Below are positions 47,804 through 57,255 of a stretch of DNA of 64,000 nt, one piece after another; position 1 is the stretch's first letter; every line of letters begins with the position of its first letter. The notes beneath the pieces are model-generated. The model did not search any database, was not told the origin of the DNA, and saw only the letters and a list, made by a program, of their open reading frames with translations. The translations under genes and the position numbers were made by a program. The stretch covers positions 1 through 64,000 of the IMG/VR virus record IMGVR_UViG_3300046557_000512; one strand, given 5' to 3'. Source of the stretch: a virus.

Positions 47804-47873
47804 TTATCAGCTCTCCTGGGAAAATATGCAGCCAGCATCATAGCACGCATGTGTGTTATTTGCCATGCACTAT

Positions 47874-48260
47874 TTACGCACCCTCACCCCACGCGATCTC
47901 GAACGGGATGCCCCACTCTATGGTGCCGGCCCCCGACCGCGGATAGGGGATCGGTTTGGTCCGAGGGTAGACCTGGGTATAAAAGACGTTGTCGATCGTC
48001 CGGCGATAGAATGTCAGCAATTCGGAGATCTGCTGGCACTTTGCCTCGGCAATCTCGACGTCGTCATGGCGGACGATGATCAGGAACTCGCTCTTGTAAA
48101 AGCCGGGCTGCTCGCAGTCGATCGCGTCGCCGGTAAGCGGCGGGCGGATCATCACGCCATCCTGGACGTCCGCCGGCATGGTCAGCAAATACAGGTCCAC
48201 GCCAATCTTCGCGATGCCGGCCGCGTCGATCAAGTCTTGCATAGCTCGAAGGTGGATCAC
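47874..48260 (-). CDS. Tail terminator
   Basis: Size and position upstream of the major tail gene. Confidence 0.7.
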   Translation of the reverse strand: MIHLRAMQDLIDAAGIAKIGVDLYLLTMPADVQDGVMIRPPLTGDAIDCEQPGFYKSEFLIIVRHDDVEIAEAKCQQISELLTFYRRTIDNVFYTQVYPRTKPIPYPRSGAGTIEWGIPFEIAWGEGA

Positions 48261-48685
48261 AGCAGGTCTCCCATAATCACGTCGATAAGGTCGTCGGGCA
48301 GTTCTTCGTCATATTTGTCGAAGGCGCGCTCGAGGAAGTGCGCACCGACTTGCGGCCCCTTGGCCAACGACCGAGCTCCCAGTTTCTCGAATGCGCCCTC
48401 CTCGATGAGATAAGCGTATTCGTCGACGTCCGACCGAGTGATCCCTTGGTTGCCCACCTGGACGGTCACGACCAGCCGACGGTTCGACGACGTCTCTTCG
48501 ATAATCTCGTGCGCAGCCTCAATATCGCCCCTCAAGATTGGCGCGTTGTGCACCGACTCGGCTTTCACCTTGTCCGCGATCTTGCGCATGAAGCGCAGCG
48601 CGCGCGGCGTCGTCACTTGTCCGATACGCTCAAAGGTCGCCCCGACGTCAGTCGCGCTTTCCCCAGGCTTGAAGGTGAAGGTCAC
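48257..48685 (-). CDS. HK97 gp10-like tail completion protein
   Basis: API.RGDI, YAYLIEEG, HFLERAF. Confidence 0.75.
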   Translation of the reverse strand: MTFTFKPGESATDVGATFERIGQVTTPRALRFMRKIADKVKAESVHNAPILRGDIEAAHEIIEETSSNRRLVVTVQVGNQGITRSDVDEYAYLIEEGAFEKLGARSLAKGPQVGAHFLERAFDKYDEELPDDLIDVIMGDLL

Positions 48686-49038
48686 GACGGCTGCTCGGCA
48701 ATCGCCGCACCCACCTCGATATGATCGAGAGAGCCGGTGACCGCATGAAAGCGCTGGTGGGTCATCGTGATACGGAGACGCACATTGGCGACGACCACGA
48801 TGTCATCGATCGCGATCTTGACGTTCGGCGGGAACAGCAGGTTGGCTGCCGCCTCCTCTTGCTCCGCGGCGCCGCGTGACGCCGAGCTGTCGGCCCGCAC
48901 GGAACTGGCGACGGACGATACCTCAAGCTTCACGACTGAACACGGCGTTTTGACCGGCGTGTAATAGACGGCCTTGCCATAACGATCGCGGCGGTTCGAC
49001 TTGCGCGACAGCATGCAGAATTTGTTTGGACGGAACAC
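48682..49038 (-). CDS. Head closure protein
   Basis: DRYGK motif, SVRADSSASRG; position in the neck block. Confidence 0.7.
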   Translation of the reverse strand: MFRPNKFCMLSRKSNRRDRYGKAVYYTPVKTPCSVVKLEVSSVASSVRADSSASRGAAEQEEAAANLLFPPNVKIAIDDIVVVANVRLRITMTHQRFHAVTGSLDHIEVGAAIAEQPS

Positions 49039-49785
49039 TTATTCCTCCACCATGACCAGGCGTGAATCGGATGACGGGTGAAACACCTCGTCGCGGATGT
49101 CGTAGTAGGACGGCAGCTTGCCCTGCCCCGCTTCAGTCGAGACGATCGTGCCGTCCCACTTATTTTGTGGGTTCGGGTTGCTGATCTCGACCCGGTCGAT
49201 GCCGGCCTCGGACATCGCAAACAGGAAACCGTCGTTGATCGTCATCAGCAGATGCAAGCGATATTGGTCACGAACGTGCTTCGACGAGCTGTAAGAGCGC
49301 CCTGCGCGGTCTACGAAGCGAAAGTCGAGCGTTGGTGCGTCGAGCATCAGGTTTGCGATCGCGTCGACCTGACGAGCCCCTGAGCGCTGCGCCATGTCGG
49401 CCCGAATCCCAATCGCCGCAATGGCGCGCTTCATCGCCGAGATGTCGCGAGACGCTTGGGCCGCCAGGATCTCCACCAGATAGTCGCCGGTGTTGCCGAA
49501 GTGATCCTGCAGCTCAGTTGGCGCTTCTCCCAAAGGAACCTTCGCTGATTGAAGGCCCTCCTGATACGAGTGATCGCCCATCCCGTAGGTGTCGATACGG
49601 ATGACATCGGCCTCGGACGCCAACCAATCCTTCGCGAACTCCGTGGCGGCGTCGCCGGCTTCCAAGCGGGTGGATCCGTGCGTCGGGTCGTTCCTCAGCG
49701 CGATCTCATATTGTGCGCGCAGTTGGTCAAGAAAACGCTGATAGCGCGCGGTCGCATCGAACGCGCGCTGGGTGATCGGGTTCAT
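49039..49785 (-). CDS. Minor head / head morphogenesis-like protein
   Basis: FVDRAGRSY...FHPSS C-terminal pattern resembles minor capsid proteins. Confidence 0.55.
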   Translation of the reverse strand: MNPITQRAFDATARYQRFLDQLRAQYEIALRNDPTHGSTRLEAGDAATEFAKDWLASEADVIRIDTYGMGDHSYQEGLQSAKVPLGEAPTELQDHFGNTGDYLVEILAAQASRDISAMKRAIAAIGIRADMAQRSGARQVDAIANLMLDAPTLDFRFVDRAGRSYSSSKHVRDQYRLHLLMTINDGFLFAMSEAGIDRVEISNPNPQNKWDGTIVSTEAGQGKLPSYYDIRDEVFHPSSDSRLVMVEE

Positions 49786-50588
49786 CCTCGCGCGATCTCG
49801 ATTCGACGATAGACGTATGCGCCGACCTCGCGATACGCGGCCTTGCAGACGGGGCGATCGAGCGCTGGTCGCGAGTTGAACATCATCGAGCTCTCGCCCG
49901 TCGTCTCAGACAGCACCCCATCCTGGCGCCGTGCGCCGATGACATCACCGCCAAGGATGTTGTCGGCTTCGAGGATCTGTGCCCGAGCGAGCGCCTCGCG
50001 GAAATTCGACGGGAGACCCAGAAAATCCTGAGTGGGCATGCTGGCGATGTCGACGACGATCCACGCCGGCGAGCAGCCAATGTCGTCGTCTTCGAACGAC
50101 GCATAGTTCCGCGGATCCTGGGCAGCGACACGATAAGCCATGCGCGCCAGCTTGGTGAAGGCACCCTCCATCGCGGATGAGCGATCGCGCGCAGTCGCCA
50201 TATCCCAGCCCTGCAGCATGCCGCCGATACTTTCGCGCCGCACCAGACTCTGTCCGTAGGTCTGGAAGCTGTTCAGCAGCAGCGTCAGCGTGTCGGCCTT
50301 GCTGATGATATAGTGGGTGTCGACCGTGATCGTCCCACTGGCCGCCGTGAACGCAACACGCAGGCAGCGCGCGCCCCGAATTGCCGAGATCACGTTGAAT
50401 GCGCCGGCGATGGTCACATCCAGTTCGACGGCGCTGTCGTCGATCGACGAGATCGTATCGCTTGCGATCTGCGCCTCGTTCTCGTCGAGCAACGTCCACG
50501 CGGCCGCCGTCGGCACGAACGGCGTGCCGTTTTCATCCTCGAACGGGACGGCGAGCTTGACCTCGGTTCCGGCGGTGACGCGCAACAT
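49782..50588 (-). CDS. Head-tail adaptor with N-terminal Ig-like domain
   Basis: NSFQTY...ARAQILEA...GVLSETTGESS. Confidence 0.7.
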   Translation of the reverse strand: MLRVTAGTEVKLAVPFEDENGTPFVPTAAAWTLLDENEAQIASDTISSIDDSAVELDVTIAGAFNVISAIRGARCLRVAFTAASGTITVDTHYIISKADTLTLLLNSFQTYGQSLVRRESIGGMLQGWDMATARDRSSAMEGAFTKLARMAYRVAAQDPRNYASFEDDDIGCSPAWIVVDIASMPTQDFLGLPSNFREALARAQILEADNILGGDVIGARRQDGVLSETTGESSMMFNSRPALDRPVCKAAYREVGAYVYRRIEIARG

Positions 50589-51133
50589 TACGACGCCAGC
50601 TGCTCGGTCTGCTTCTTCAGGATCGCCGCGACCAGCTCGGTGATGGAGCGACCCTTGGCGTTGATCTTATCGCCGATCTCGCGCAGGCCGGGGATGCCGT
50701 CATTCGCGCCGATCGCCTCGAGCTCATCGCGGGTATAGACGACCGGCACTTCAGCCTCCGCCTTGCTGCGCGCTTCCTGGAGCGCCGTTGCCTGCTTCTC
50801 GGCCGCTTCCTTGGCGGCGAGTGCCTCGGCTTCGCGGGCGGCGTCGGCCGCATCGGCGTCGGCCTGAAGTCGGATGGCCGACTGCGTCCCGGTCTCGATT
50901 TCGGGCTTCACCGGCATGCCGTCGCCGCGGTAGTTCACCATCATCGATGAGGCGCCGACCTGTTCGCCGTTCGAGCCGTCCTCCAGGACCTCGACCAGGT
51001 GGACGATGCAGCCAATACGCATCATCGCACGGTGACTGACCTCACCCACGGATACGCCGTCCTCGAACATGGTTCCGGTGCCGAGGGGACCGGTGAAAGT
51101 CTCCCAGCCTGGGGAGACGATACGAACCTTCAT
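50588..51133 (-). CDS. Virion-associated hypothetical protein
   Basis: Directly after the capsid gene; C-terminal small helical domain (YTRDELEAI..GIPGLREIG). Confidence 0.65.
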   Translation of the reverse strand: MKVRIVSPGWETFTGPLGTGTMFEDGVSVGEVSHRAMMRIGCIVHLVEVLEDGSNGEQVGASSMMVNYRGDGMPVKPEIETGTQSAIRLQADADAADAAREAEALAAKEAAEKQATALQEARSKAEAEVPVVYTRDELEAIGANDGIPGLREIGDKINAKGRSITELVAAILKKQTEQLAS

Positions 51134-51150
51134 CAGGAATCCTTCAAAAC

Positions 51151-51182
51151 AGAAAAGGGGCGATCCCTTTCGAGACCGCCCC
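51151..51182 (-). terminator. Intrinsic terminator after the major capsid gene
   Basis: GGGGCGGTCTC-GAAA-GGGATCGCCCC-TTTTCT. Confidence 0.75.
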
Positions 51183-51226
51183 TCATTCTAGCAAACTGCA
51201 TGCGTGGCGTCTACCACGCACACCGA

Positions 51227-52147
51227 TTACAGGTTGGTGACACCACCCAGGCGGGCCAGCGACTTGGTCGACTTGAGCGCCAGGCCGGTATACCACTTGA
51301 CGCGGTAGCGCTCGGCGTCCTTGTTCTGGACCGGGCCGACCGAGCTCACGCGCACGCCGGCGGTCGGGCCGCCATAGATGCCGTGGAGGCCATCGGCCTC
51401 GTTGAAGCGCGCGGCGTAGATCGAGCAGGTGTTGTTGACGCTGGTGCCACGGGTTTCGTCGCCCGCCAGGAAGTCGTTCACCAGGATCGGAACCGAGCGA
51501 TACGACGGCACCGAGATGGTGCGATCGCCACCCAGCGAGATCGTGACGTGCTCGGGGTTCGTGCCGCCGAGCTGACGCAGCATCGCCGCGATCGCGTCGG
51601 TCGTGCCGCCGCGCATGATCAGCGCGTCCGCGCCGTTCGGGATCATGCGGAGCAGACGATCGAGGTTCTCGAAGGTCAGCGCGCCGCCGTTGGCGCCGGC
51701 ACCGGCGTAGAAGGTCTGGCTCGGATCGACCAGACGCGCAATGCCGTCGAACTCCTTGGCGCGCGCCGAGTTGTCGCCCTGGGCCACCGTGCGGTGGAAT
51801 TTGCGCGACATACCCTTGACCTTGGCCGCGATCTGGATCGCGGTCTGGTCGTTGGTGTCCGACATCGTCTCGTCGAGGAAGTTGTCGACGTCGACGTCGC
51901 CGATCAGGATGCGCAGCTTGGCCACGACTTCCTCGAAGGTCGCAGCCTCCTCGTTGATCGTGTCGTTCGGATCGAGGAAGTCACCTTCGCTCAGGGTGCT
52001 CTCGCGGTCATAGACATACGCCTTGCCCACGATGCGCATGAACGGCAGCAACGCGAACATCGCGTCGTTGTCGATGATCTCCTCGACAACGCCCTGTTCG
52101 AGGGCGTTGTTCGACAGCTTTTCGGCTTCAACGCGAAGCAAAGGCAT
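51227..52147 (-). CDS. Major capsid protein
   Basis: MPLLRVEAEKLSNN..QGVVEE, IGDVDVDNF, KEFDGI, RYRVKWYTGLALKS. Confidence 0.92.
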   Translation of the reverse strand: MPLLRVEAEKLSNNALEQGVVEEIIDNDAMFALLPFMRIVGKAYVYDRESTLSEGDFLDPNDTINEEAATFEEVVAKLRILIGDVDVDNFLDETMSDTNDQTAIQIAAKVKGMSRKFHRTVAQGDNSARAKEFDGIARLVDPSQTFYAGAGANGGALTFENLDRLLRMIPNGADALIMRGGTTDAIAAMLRQLGGTNPEHVTISLGGDRTISVPSYRSVPILVNDFLAGDETRGTSVNNTCSIYAARFNEADGLHGIYGGPTAGVRVSSVGPVQNKDAERYRVKWYTGLALKSTKSLARLGGVTNL

Positions 52148-52252
52148 CGGACTCTCCTAAAAATTTTGTCGAAATTTGTTATCGAGGCATCATCCTACAC
52201 GAAGCTGCATGTGTTGTAAATACCACACACAGCCCGTGCAGAAATGTCACAC

Positions 52253-53122
52253 TTACTTCTTGAGGCTAGCAAGCCCCTCAGCCATGCGTTGATGACGCGA
52301 TTTGTTCAGGTCAGCCTGGCCGCGCTGGTCGCTGCGCGAACCGCCGCCCGGCTTCACCTCGGAGGCAAGCAGCTTGTCCTTGTCGGGGTCCGACGTGATG
52401 ACCTTCTCGATCGCCGCGTTGAACTCCATCGGCTGGCCCTTGGCGTCGACGATCTTGGTGCGACCCTGCTCGCCGCGCGGCTTGGTGTAGACCACGGGCA
52501 CGCCATTCTCGACGTCGACATGCGCACCATACAGCTGGCGAACCTTGCCAATCGGCAGCGTCACCTTTTCGGAGATGAACTTCGACTCGCCGAAAGCGCG
52601 ATCGGCGGTCAGGGTGTCGGCGCGCTGCTCCGCGGCCGTCTTGCCCGATCGTTCCGCGTCACGCTCGCTGATAAGCCGCTGTTTTTCGGCCTCGTGTTCC
52701 TGGACCATGAGCTCGCGCACACGCTCCCAGTTGCCGTCGGCTTCCGCCTTGGCACGCTCGGCGTCGCGTTGGGCAGCTTCGTTGGCGGCTTTGGCTGCGA
52801 TAGCGGCCTTTGCCTCCGCCGGGTCGAGACCCTCGAAGGTCGCGAGCGATGCGTCCCGACGCGCAAGCTCGGCGCGCAGACGCTCGATCTCGGCGGCGTC
52901 CTCATTACCAGCTGCGGCAGCAGCAGCAGCAGCGGCAGCCGCCTCGGCCTCGCGGGCACGGGCAGCTTCGGCTTCACGAGCCGCAGCCGCCGCGGCTGCC
53001 TCCTCGTGACCGGTTTCGTCGCGCATCGGGCGACGCGTCATCCCCGCAACCAAACCCTTGCGGGGCGCAGCGAGGCTCATCGAAGTGCCGGCCATCAGCC
53101 GGCTGCGGGTGTGAATGGTCAT
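52253..53122 (-). CDS. Capsid scaffolding protein
   Basis: Coiled-coil protein between the portal and capsid genes; KPGGGS near the C-terminus. Confidence 0.8.
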   Translation of the reverse strand: MTIHTRSRLMAGTSMSLAAPRKGLVAGMTRRPMRDETGHEEAAAAAAAREAEAARAREAEAAAAAAAAAAAGNEDAAEIERLRAELARRDASLATFEGLDPAEAKAAIAAKAANEAAQRDAERAKAEADGNWERVRELMVQEHEAEKQRLISERDAERSGKTAAEQRADTLTADRAFGESKFISEKVTLPIGKVRQLYGAHVDVENGVPVVYTKPRGEQGRTKIVDAKGQPMEFNAAIEKVITSDPDKDKLLASEVKPGGGSRSDQRGQADLNKSRHQRMAEGLASLKK

Positions 53123-53191
53123 GCAACCTTTACTCTAAATTGTGTAGGTGCATGGATAATGCCACACATGCGGCATTTTTGCAACAGCGGC

Positions 53192-54808
53192 TTATGCGCC
53201 GGGCGGCTTCTCGTTGCCTGCGCCCTTGTTGTTCTCGCCCTGCTTACCCTTCTTGCCAGGGATTCCGCCGGCCGGCGCCGGGACACCAGGGCGGCCTGGG
53301 AGAAGCGTGGCTGGATCGGGCTCGACGAGCCAATCATTCTCGATGTCGTCCGCGACCTTCTTCGCCTCCTCGGCCGTGATCTGCGGATACATCTTCTTGG
53401 CCATGCGCGTCATCTGGAGCTTGCGCAGTTCCTTCGGTGCATTCATCACCGCCAGGCGCTGGGCGTTATCCATCTCGTCGGCGAGATTGCGCACATCGAA
53501 GGTCTGAGGATAGCTCACGCAGTCCTCGAAGTCCTCGAGCTCCTGGAGCGCGCCATGCCAACCTTCGACCAGGCGCGCGATGTTCTGCTCTGCGCCCGCC
53601 AGCGCCATCGCCTTGGCAACTAGCATCGCATTCAAGCGCTCGAAATCGTATGCCTTGGCGACACCGGAGCTATTGTCGATACCGACTGAATTGTCCTGCT
53701 TGGTCCGCTCGCCGGCCATGCCGATCGAGTGATAGATCTCGTCGATGATCTTGCTGACCACGGTGACGATGATGCCGGCCTGGCGCGGATCCGGCGACAG
53801 AAATTCAGGCGCTGAACCACCCTCGGCGTTGTAGGCGAACACACGTTTGGTGCCCATCTCATACATCTGCCGCTGGGTGCCAACCTTGCCGCTGTCGTCG
53901 TTGTCGGTCTCGAGCAGCCCCTGGTAGGGGATCGCGAGCTGACTGAAGGTCTGATCCTGGATGATCGCGTCGAGATTCGACAGGTAATTCGCGGCCGCGC
54001 GGTCGAGATACGCGGTATCCTCGATCAGCGCCGGCGAGCTGTAGAGCTCCTCGGACGGATTGTGATCGACCACAACGACGGGCACGGCGCCGAGCTGGTG
54101 CTCGCGGCTGTCCTCGGCCACGATCTGAGCGATGCGATCGCCATTACTCGCCTTGACGATCTCGATCACCGCGGTGAACTCTGGCGTCCAGAGACGGAAG
54201 CGCGGCGTTGATGCACCGCTCGACAGGGGGCTGGAATCGTCGCGCTTGGTTTCGAGCATCAAGAACCAGCTGAGCTCGCCGTCCTCGTCATACGCGAAAT
54301 CGAGCGCGTCGATCGGCGAGATGACGAAGGCGTAAACGCGCCCCTTGGACTTCTTCTCGTCTTCCTTGGTGACGATGTTCTCGGGGAAGTTGTTGTCGAC
54401 GACCACATAGCAGCGGCCGAAGGTCGACGACTTGCGCGAGATGGTGTCGATCAACGCATCGATCGGACGCTTCATCAGCGTCGAGTTCTTCCAGAAGCGC
54501 TTGAGGTTTTCGGAAGCGTCTTCCTTGCGGGCGATGTCGCCCTTCAGGACATACTTGTTGACCAGGTTCACGACTTCGCGGGTGTGCGGGAATCGGTAGG
54601 CGCGCTTCTTGCGCGCGTTGAACTCTTTGGTCCCCTCCTTGTGGTAGCGCCACAGGTTCGTGTCGAACCACGACCGGCCGCCCTGGTAGGTCGCGTCAAG
54701 GAAGCGCCAGTGGTCGATCTTCTCCGCGTAGTCGGGGTGACGTCGATCGACCAAGGAGAGCAGCTCCTCGGGCTTAGCGGCCTTCAGTTGATCGAGAGTC
54801 AGGGACAT
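53192..54808 (-). CDS. Portal protein
   Basis: RHPDY...YQGG, LGAVPVV, SSGVAKAYDF, YPQTFD; follows terL. Confidence 0.9.
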   Translation of the reverse strand: MSLTLDQLKAAKPEELLSLVDRRHPDYAEKIDHWRFLDATYQGGRSWFDTNLWRYHKEGTKEFNARKKRAYRFPHTREVVNLVNKYVLKGDIARKEDASENLKRFWKNSTLMKRPIDALIDTISRKSSTFGRCYVVVDNNFPENIVTKEDEKKSKGRVYAFVISPIDALDFAYDEDGELSWFLMLETKRDDSSPLSSGASTPRFRLWTPEFTAVIEIVKASNGDRIAQIVAEDSREHQLGAVPVVVVDHNPSEELYSSPALIEDTAYLDRAAANYLSNLDAIIQDQTFSQLAIPYQGLLETDNDDSGKVGTQRQMYEMGTKRVFAYNAEGGSAPEFLSPDPRQAGIIVTVVSKIIDEIYHSIGMAGERTKQDNSVGIDNSSGVAKAYDFERLNAMLVAKAMALAGAEQNIARLVEGWHGALQELEDFEDCVSYPQTFDVRNLADEMDNAQRLAVMNAPKELRKLQMTRMAKKMYPQITAEEAKKVADDIENDWLVEPDPATLLPGRPGVPAPAGGIPGKKGKQGENNKGAGNEKPPGA

Positions 54809-54854
54809 GCGGCCAGTTTAGCACAATGCATGCGTGTTGGCTACCATGCACCAA

Positions 54855-56108
54855 TTACAGGTTGATACCGATCGGCAAACGATAGCGGCGCCCGTAGAGG
54901 TAATGGATCGGATACCCGACGGCGTCCATCATGTGCTCGACCCCCATCGCCTTGTCGACGACCGGTTGGCCGGACTTGTAGATCGTCTGCTCGGCGGACT
55001 CGATGACGTGGCTGCAGGTCCTGTTGACCCGCATGCGGATGGTGCCGTCGGCCGATCGGAACATGGCGTTGACCGCGGCGACACGATCGCTGACGAGCGG
55101 GTGCTTCTTCGGGAAGATGAGCTTGCGATAGCCCTTCTCCCTGAAGATATCCAAGTCGCTTTCGCCGCGGCTGGAGCTCCTGTTCGAGCCGGCGGGGTCG
55201 GGATAGATCGTGATCGCCGACTTGTTGCGGAAATACCGCCTGTCGAGTTCGTCAGCGACCTCCATCGCGTTCGAGTTCGGGAAGTGGATCTCGTCAACGA
55301 TCCATACCTCACCGCTCTCCTGGATCTGCATGATCGCTGCCGACATCGGGTCGACGTTGAAGTCCTGGCCGACGATGATCGGCAACTTGGGATTGTAGAG
55401 ATAATCGCCGACATGCTCGCGCCGGTCGAACTGGTAGTAGACGCGGCCCGACATGCTCTCGAAGGAAGCTTCAAACTCCTGGCGAAAGCTCTTGGGATCC
55501 ATCGAGTTCCGCGCCGTCTCGATTTCCGAGGGCGGGAAGAACGGGCTCATGATCGTCGGAATCTGCCAGCTCATGTATTCCAGCTTGCGCTGGTTTTTCC
55601 TGATCTGGCCGAGACGATACATCTCGTAGAAGTGGTTGAACGACTTGGGGGTGCCGATGATCAGCGCGCGGCCACGGGTCGTCGTCAGCGTCGGGAACAG
55701 GACCTCCTGCCACACACCGGGACGGAAATCCTGGTATTCGTCCAGGATGAGGAAGTGGAGCGCGCGGCCGCGCAACGTGTCGGGTCGATCGGCGCCCTTG
55801 AGCTGAATGACGACGCCGTTGATGAGACGGATCTCGAGCCGCGTTTCGTGGGTCTTCTTGATCCACGAGGCCGGGATGTTGGCCAGCAGTTCGTCCCACA
55901 TGAGGTCGCGGGCCATCGTGAAGGTCGGCGCCACATACCAAATTATCTTGGGGCCGCGGCCGCGCGCTGCACGAATGATCTCGGCCCGCGCCAGCGTCGT
56001 CTTTCCGAAACGACGGCCGGCGACCAGCGTGCGGAAGCGCGCCGGATGCCTGAACACATCAGCCTGCCCCTTGTGGAGCTTGATGTGCAGCTTGGGCACG
56101 TCGAACAT
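54855..56108 (-). CDS. terL: Terminase large subunit
   Basis: AGRRFGKT, LRG...LILDE, IGTP, GQDFN, DPAG, HMMDA. Confidence 0.95.
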   Translation of the reverse strand: MFDVPKLHIKLHKGQADVFRHPARFRTLVAGRRFGKTTLARAEIIRAARGRGPKIIWYVAPTFTMARDLMWDELLANIPASWIKKTHETRLEIRLINGVVIQLKGADRPDTLRGRALHFLILDEYQDFRPGVWQEVLFPTLTTTRGRALIIGTPKSFNHFYEMYRLGQIRKNQRKLEYMSWQIPTIMSPFFPPSEIETARNSMDPKSFRQEFEASFESMSGRVYYQFDRREHVGDYLYNPKLPIIVGQDFNVDPMSAAIMQIQESGEVWIVDEIHFPNSNAMEVADELDRRYFRNKSAITIYPDPAGSNRSSSRGESDLDIFREKGYRKLIFPKKHPLVSDRVAAVNAMFRSADGTIRMRVNRTCSHVIESAEQTIYKSGQPVVDKAMGVEHMMDAVGYPIHYLYGRRYRLPIGINL

Positions 56109-56113
56109 AGCGA

Positions 56114-56677
56114 TCAGACCGAAGTGTCGTCGTCTTCGTCGTCTTCGAGGCCAGCCTGCCAGGCGGCCTCGTTAGCGTCCCTGACGGCCTCGATCTCATC
56201 CTCGGTGTATTCGCCGATGTTCAGGTCGGGCAGCTCGTCTTCGCTCGCTTCGAGCGACGGAATATCCAGGATGGTCCAGCTTTCCTCGCGCGCTTTGGCC
56301 ACGACCTTGATCGCGTTGCCAAGGACGATGAGATCGGCGTTGATGCCGGCGAGCGCCCCGTTCTTCTCTGCGTCGGCAACCTTCCTCATGGTCATCCGCG
56401 TCAGCGCGTTCATGTAGCTGGCGTAGTCCGCCTTGAGCTTGTTGGCCTCGGCGACGCGACGAGCGAGCTCCTCTCGAGCCTTATCATCGACGTCGTTCCG
56501 CACCTCGTCGAGGCGCGAGTTCTTCTCGATGCCGCGCTCCTTCAGGCCCTTCTCGATCGCCTGGCGCGAAACACCGAAGCGCTCACCAAGCTGGCGCGTG
56601 TTCGCCTCGCCGCGCTCGTAGAGCACGACGATCGTGGCCCATTCGGCGGGCGTCAGGTTGCCGGTGCGGGTCGTCAA
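56114..56677 (-). CDS. terS: Terminase small subunit (HTH)
   Basis: N-terminal HTH TRQLGERFGVSRQAI; immediately upstream of terL. Confidence 0.75.
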   Translation of the reverse strand: MTTRTGNLTPAEWATIVVLYERGEANTRQLGERFGVSRQAIEKGLKERGIEKNSRLDEVRNDVDDKAREELARRVAEANKLKADYASYMNALTRMTMRKVADAEKNGALAGINADLIVLGNAIKVVAKAREESWTILDIPSLEASEDELPDLNIGEYTEDEIEAVRDANEAAWQAGLEDDEDDDTSV

Positions 56678-56967
56678 AGGATCGCCCCTACAGCCTGCAG
56701 ATCAACGGAGTTCGCGGAGTGCATGTTAGTAATATACCACACACACCGCGGAAATGGAACTTGCTCGCGCTGCGAGCGATCACCGGGGAGTGTTCGATCA
56801 CCCCTCGCGCATATACGCGTGCGTTGCGCTAGGCGTGCGTGCATGCGCGTATACGCGTGAAAGAGATTCCTAGAATCTAAGAATCTAGAATCAGTATTAT
56901 ATTCACTTCGTTCATATAATGATGACGAGGTCATTTTTTTATCAATTTGGACAGTCATGTTGACCTA

Positions 56968-57255
56968 TTAGATTGTCGGCCTGAAAATCGCATATCCCGC
57001 GGTGGTCGCACTGTAGGTGCGCAAAGAGCGCTTCCGGCGAGTCACGAGCTTGTCCTCGCGAACCAGGCCATGCGCGGCGAGATGCCGAAGGCTGCAGAGC
57101 ATGGCTCCTCGGGTGGTGTTCGGCGCGACGAGGTCGATCAGCTGCATCACGTCGAGCAGGGTGCCGTCGGGGTTTCGCCGGATCAGCGTCTGCATGATCG
57201 CGGTCTGCTTCGGCGTCATCTTGGGCGGCAGGCGCTTGGCGTCCAGCTGCATCAT
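56968..57255 (-). CDS. Winged-helix DNA-binding protein
   Basis: TPKQTAIM..NPDG..LDVMQL...TRGAMLCSLRHLAAHGLV...YSAT..G. Confidence 0.7.
   Translation of the reverse strand: MMQLDAKRLPPKMTPKQTAIMQTLIRRNPDGTLLDVMQLIDLVAPNTTRGAMLCSLRHLAAHGLVREDKLVTRRKRSLRTYSATTAGYAIFRPTI

Noticed and set aside
56800-56860. Protelomerase (telRL) site
   Set aside because: Not a long perfect palindrome, no protelomerase gene in the window, and the dif-like site favours a circular element.
56674-56958. 94-aa ORF upstream of terS
   Set aside because: Atypical composition, derived from repeat and AT-rich sequence; more likely non-coding.
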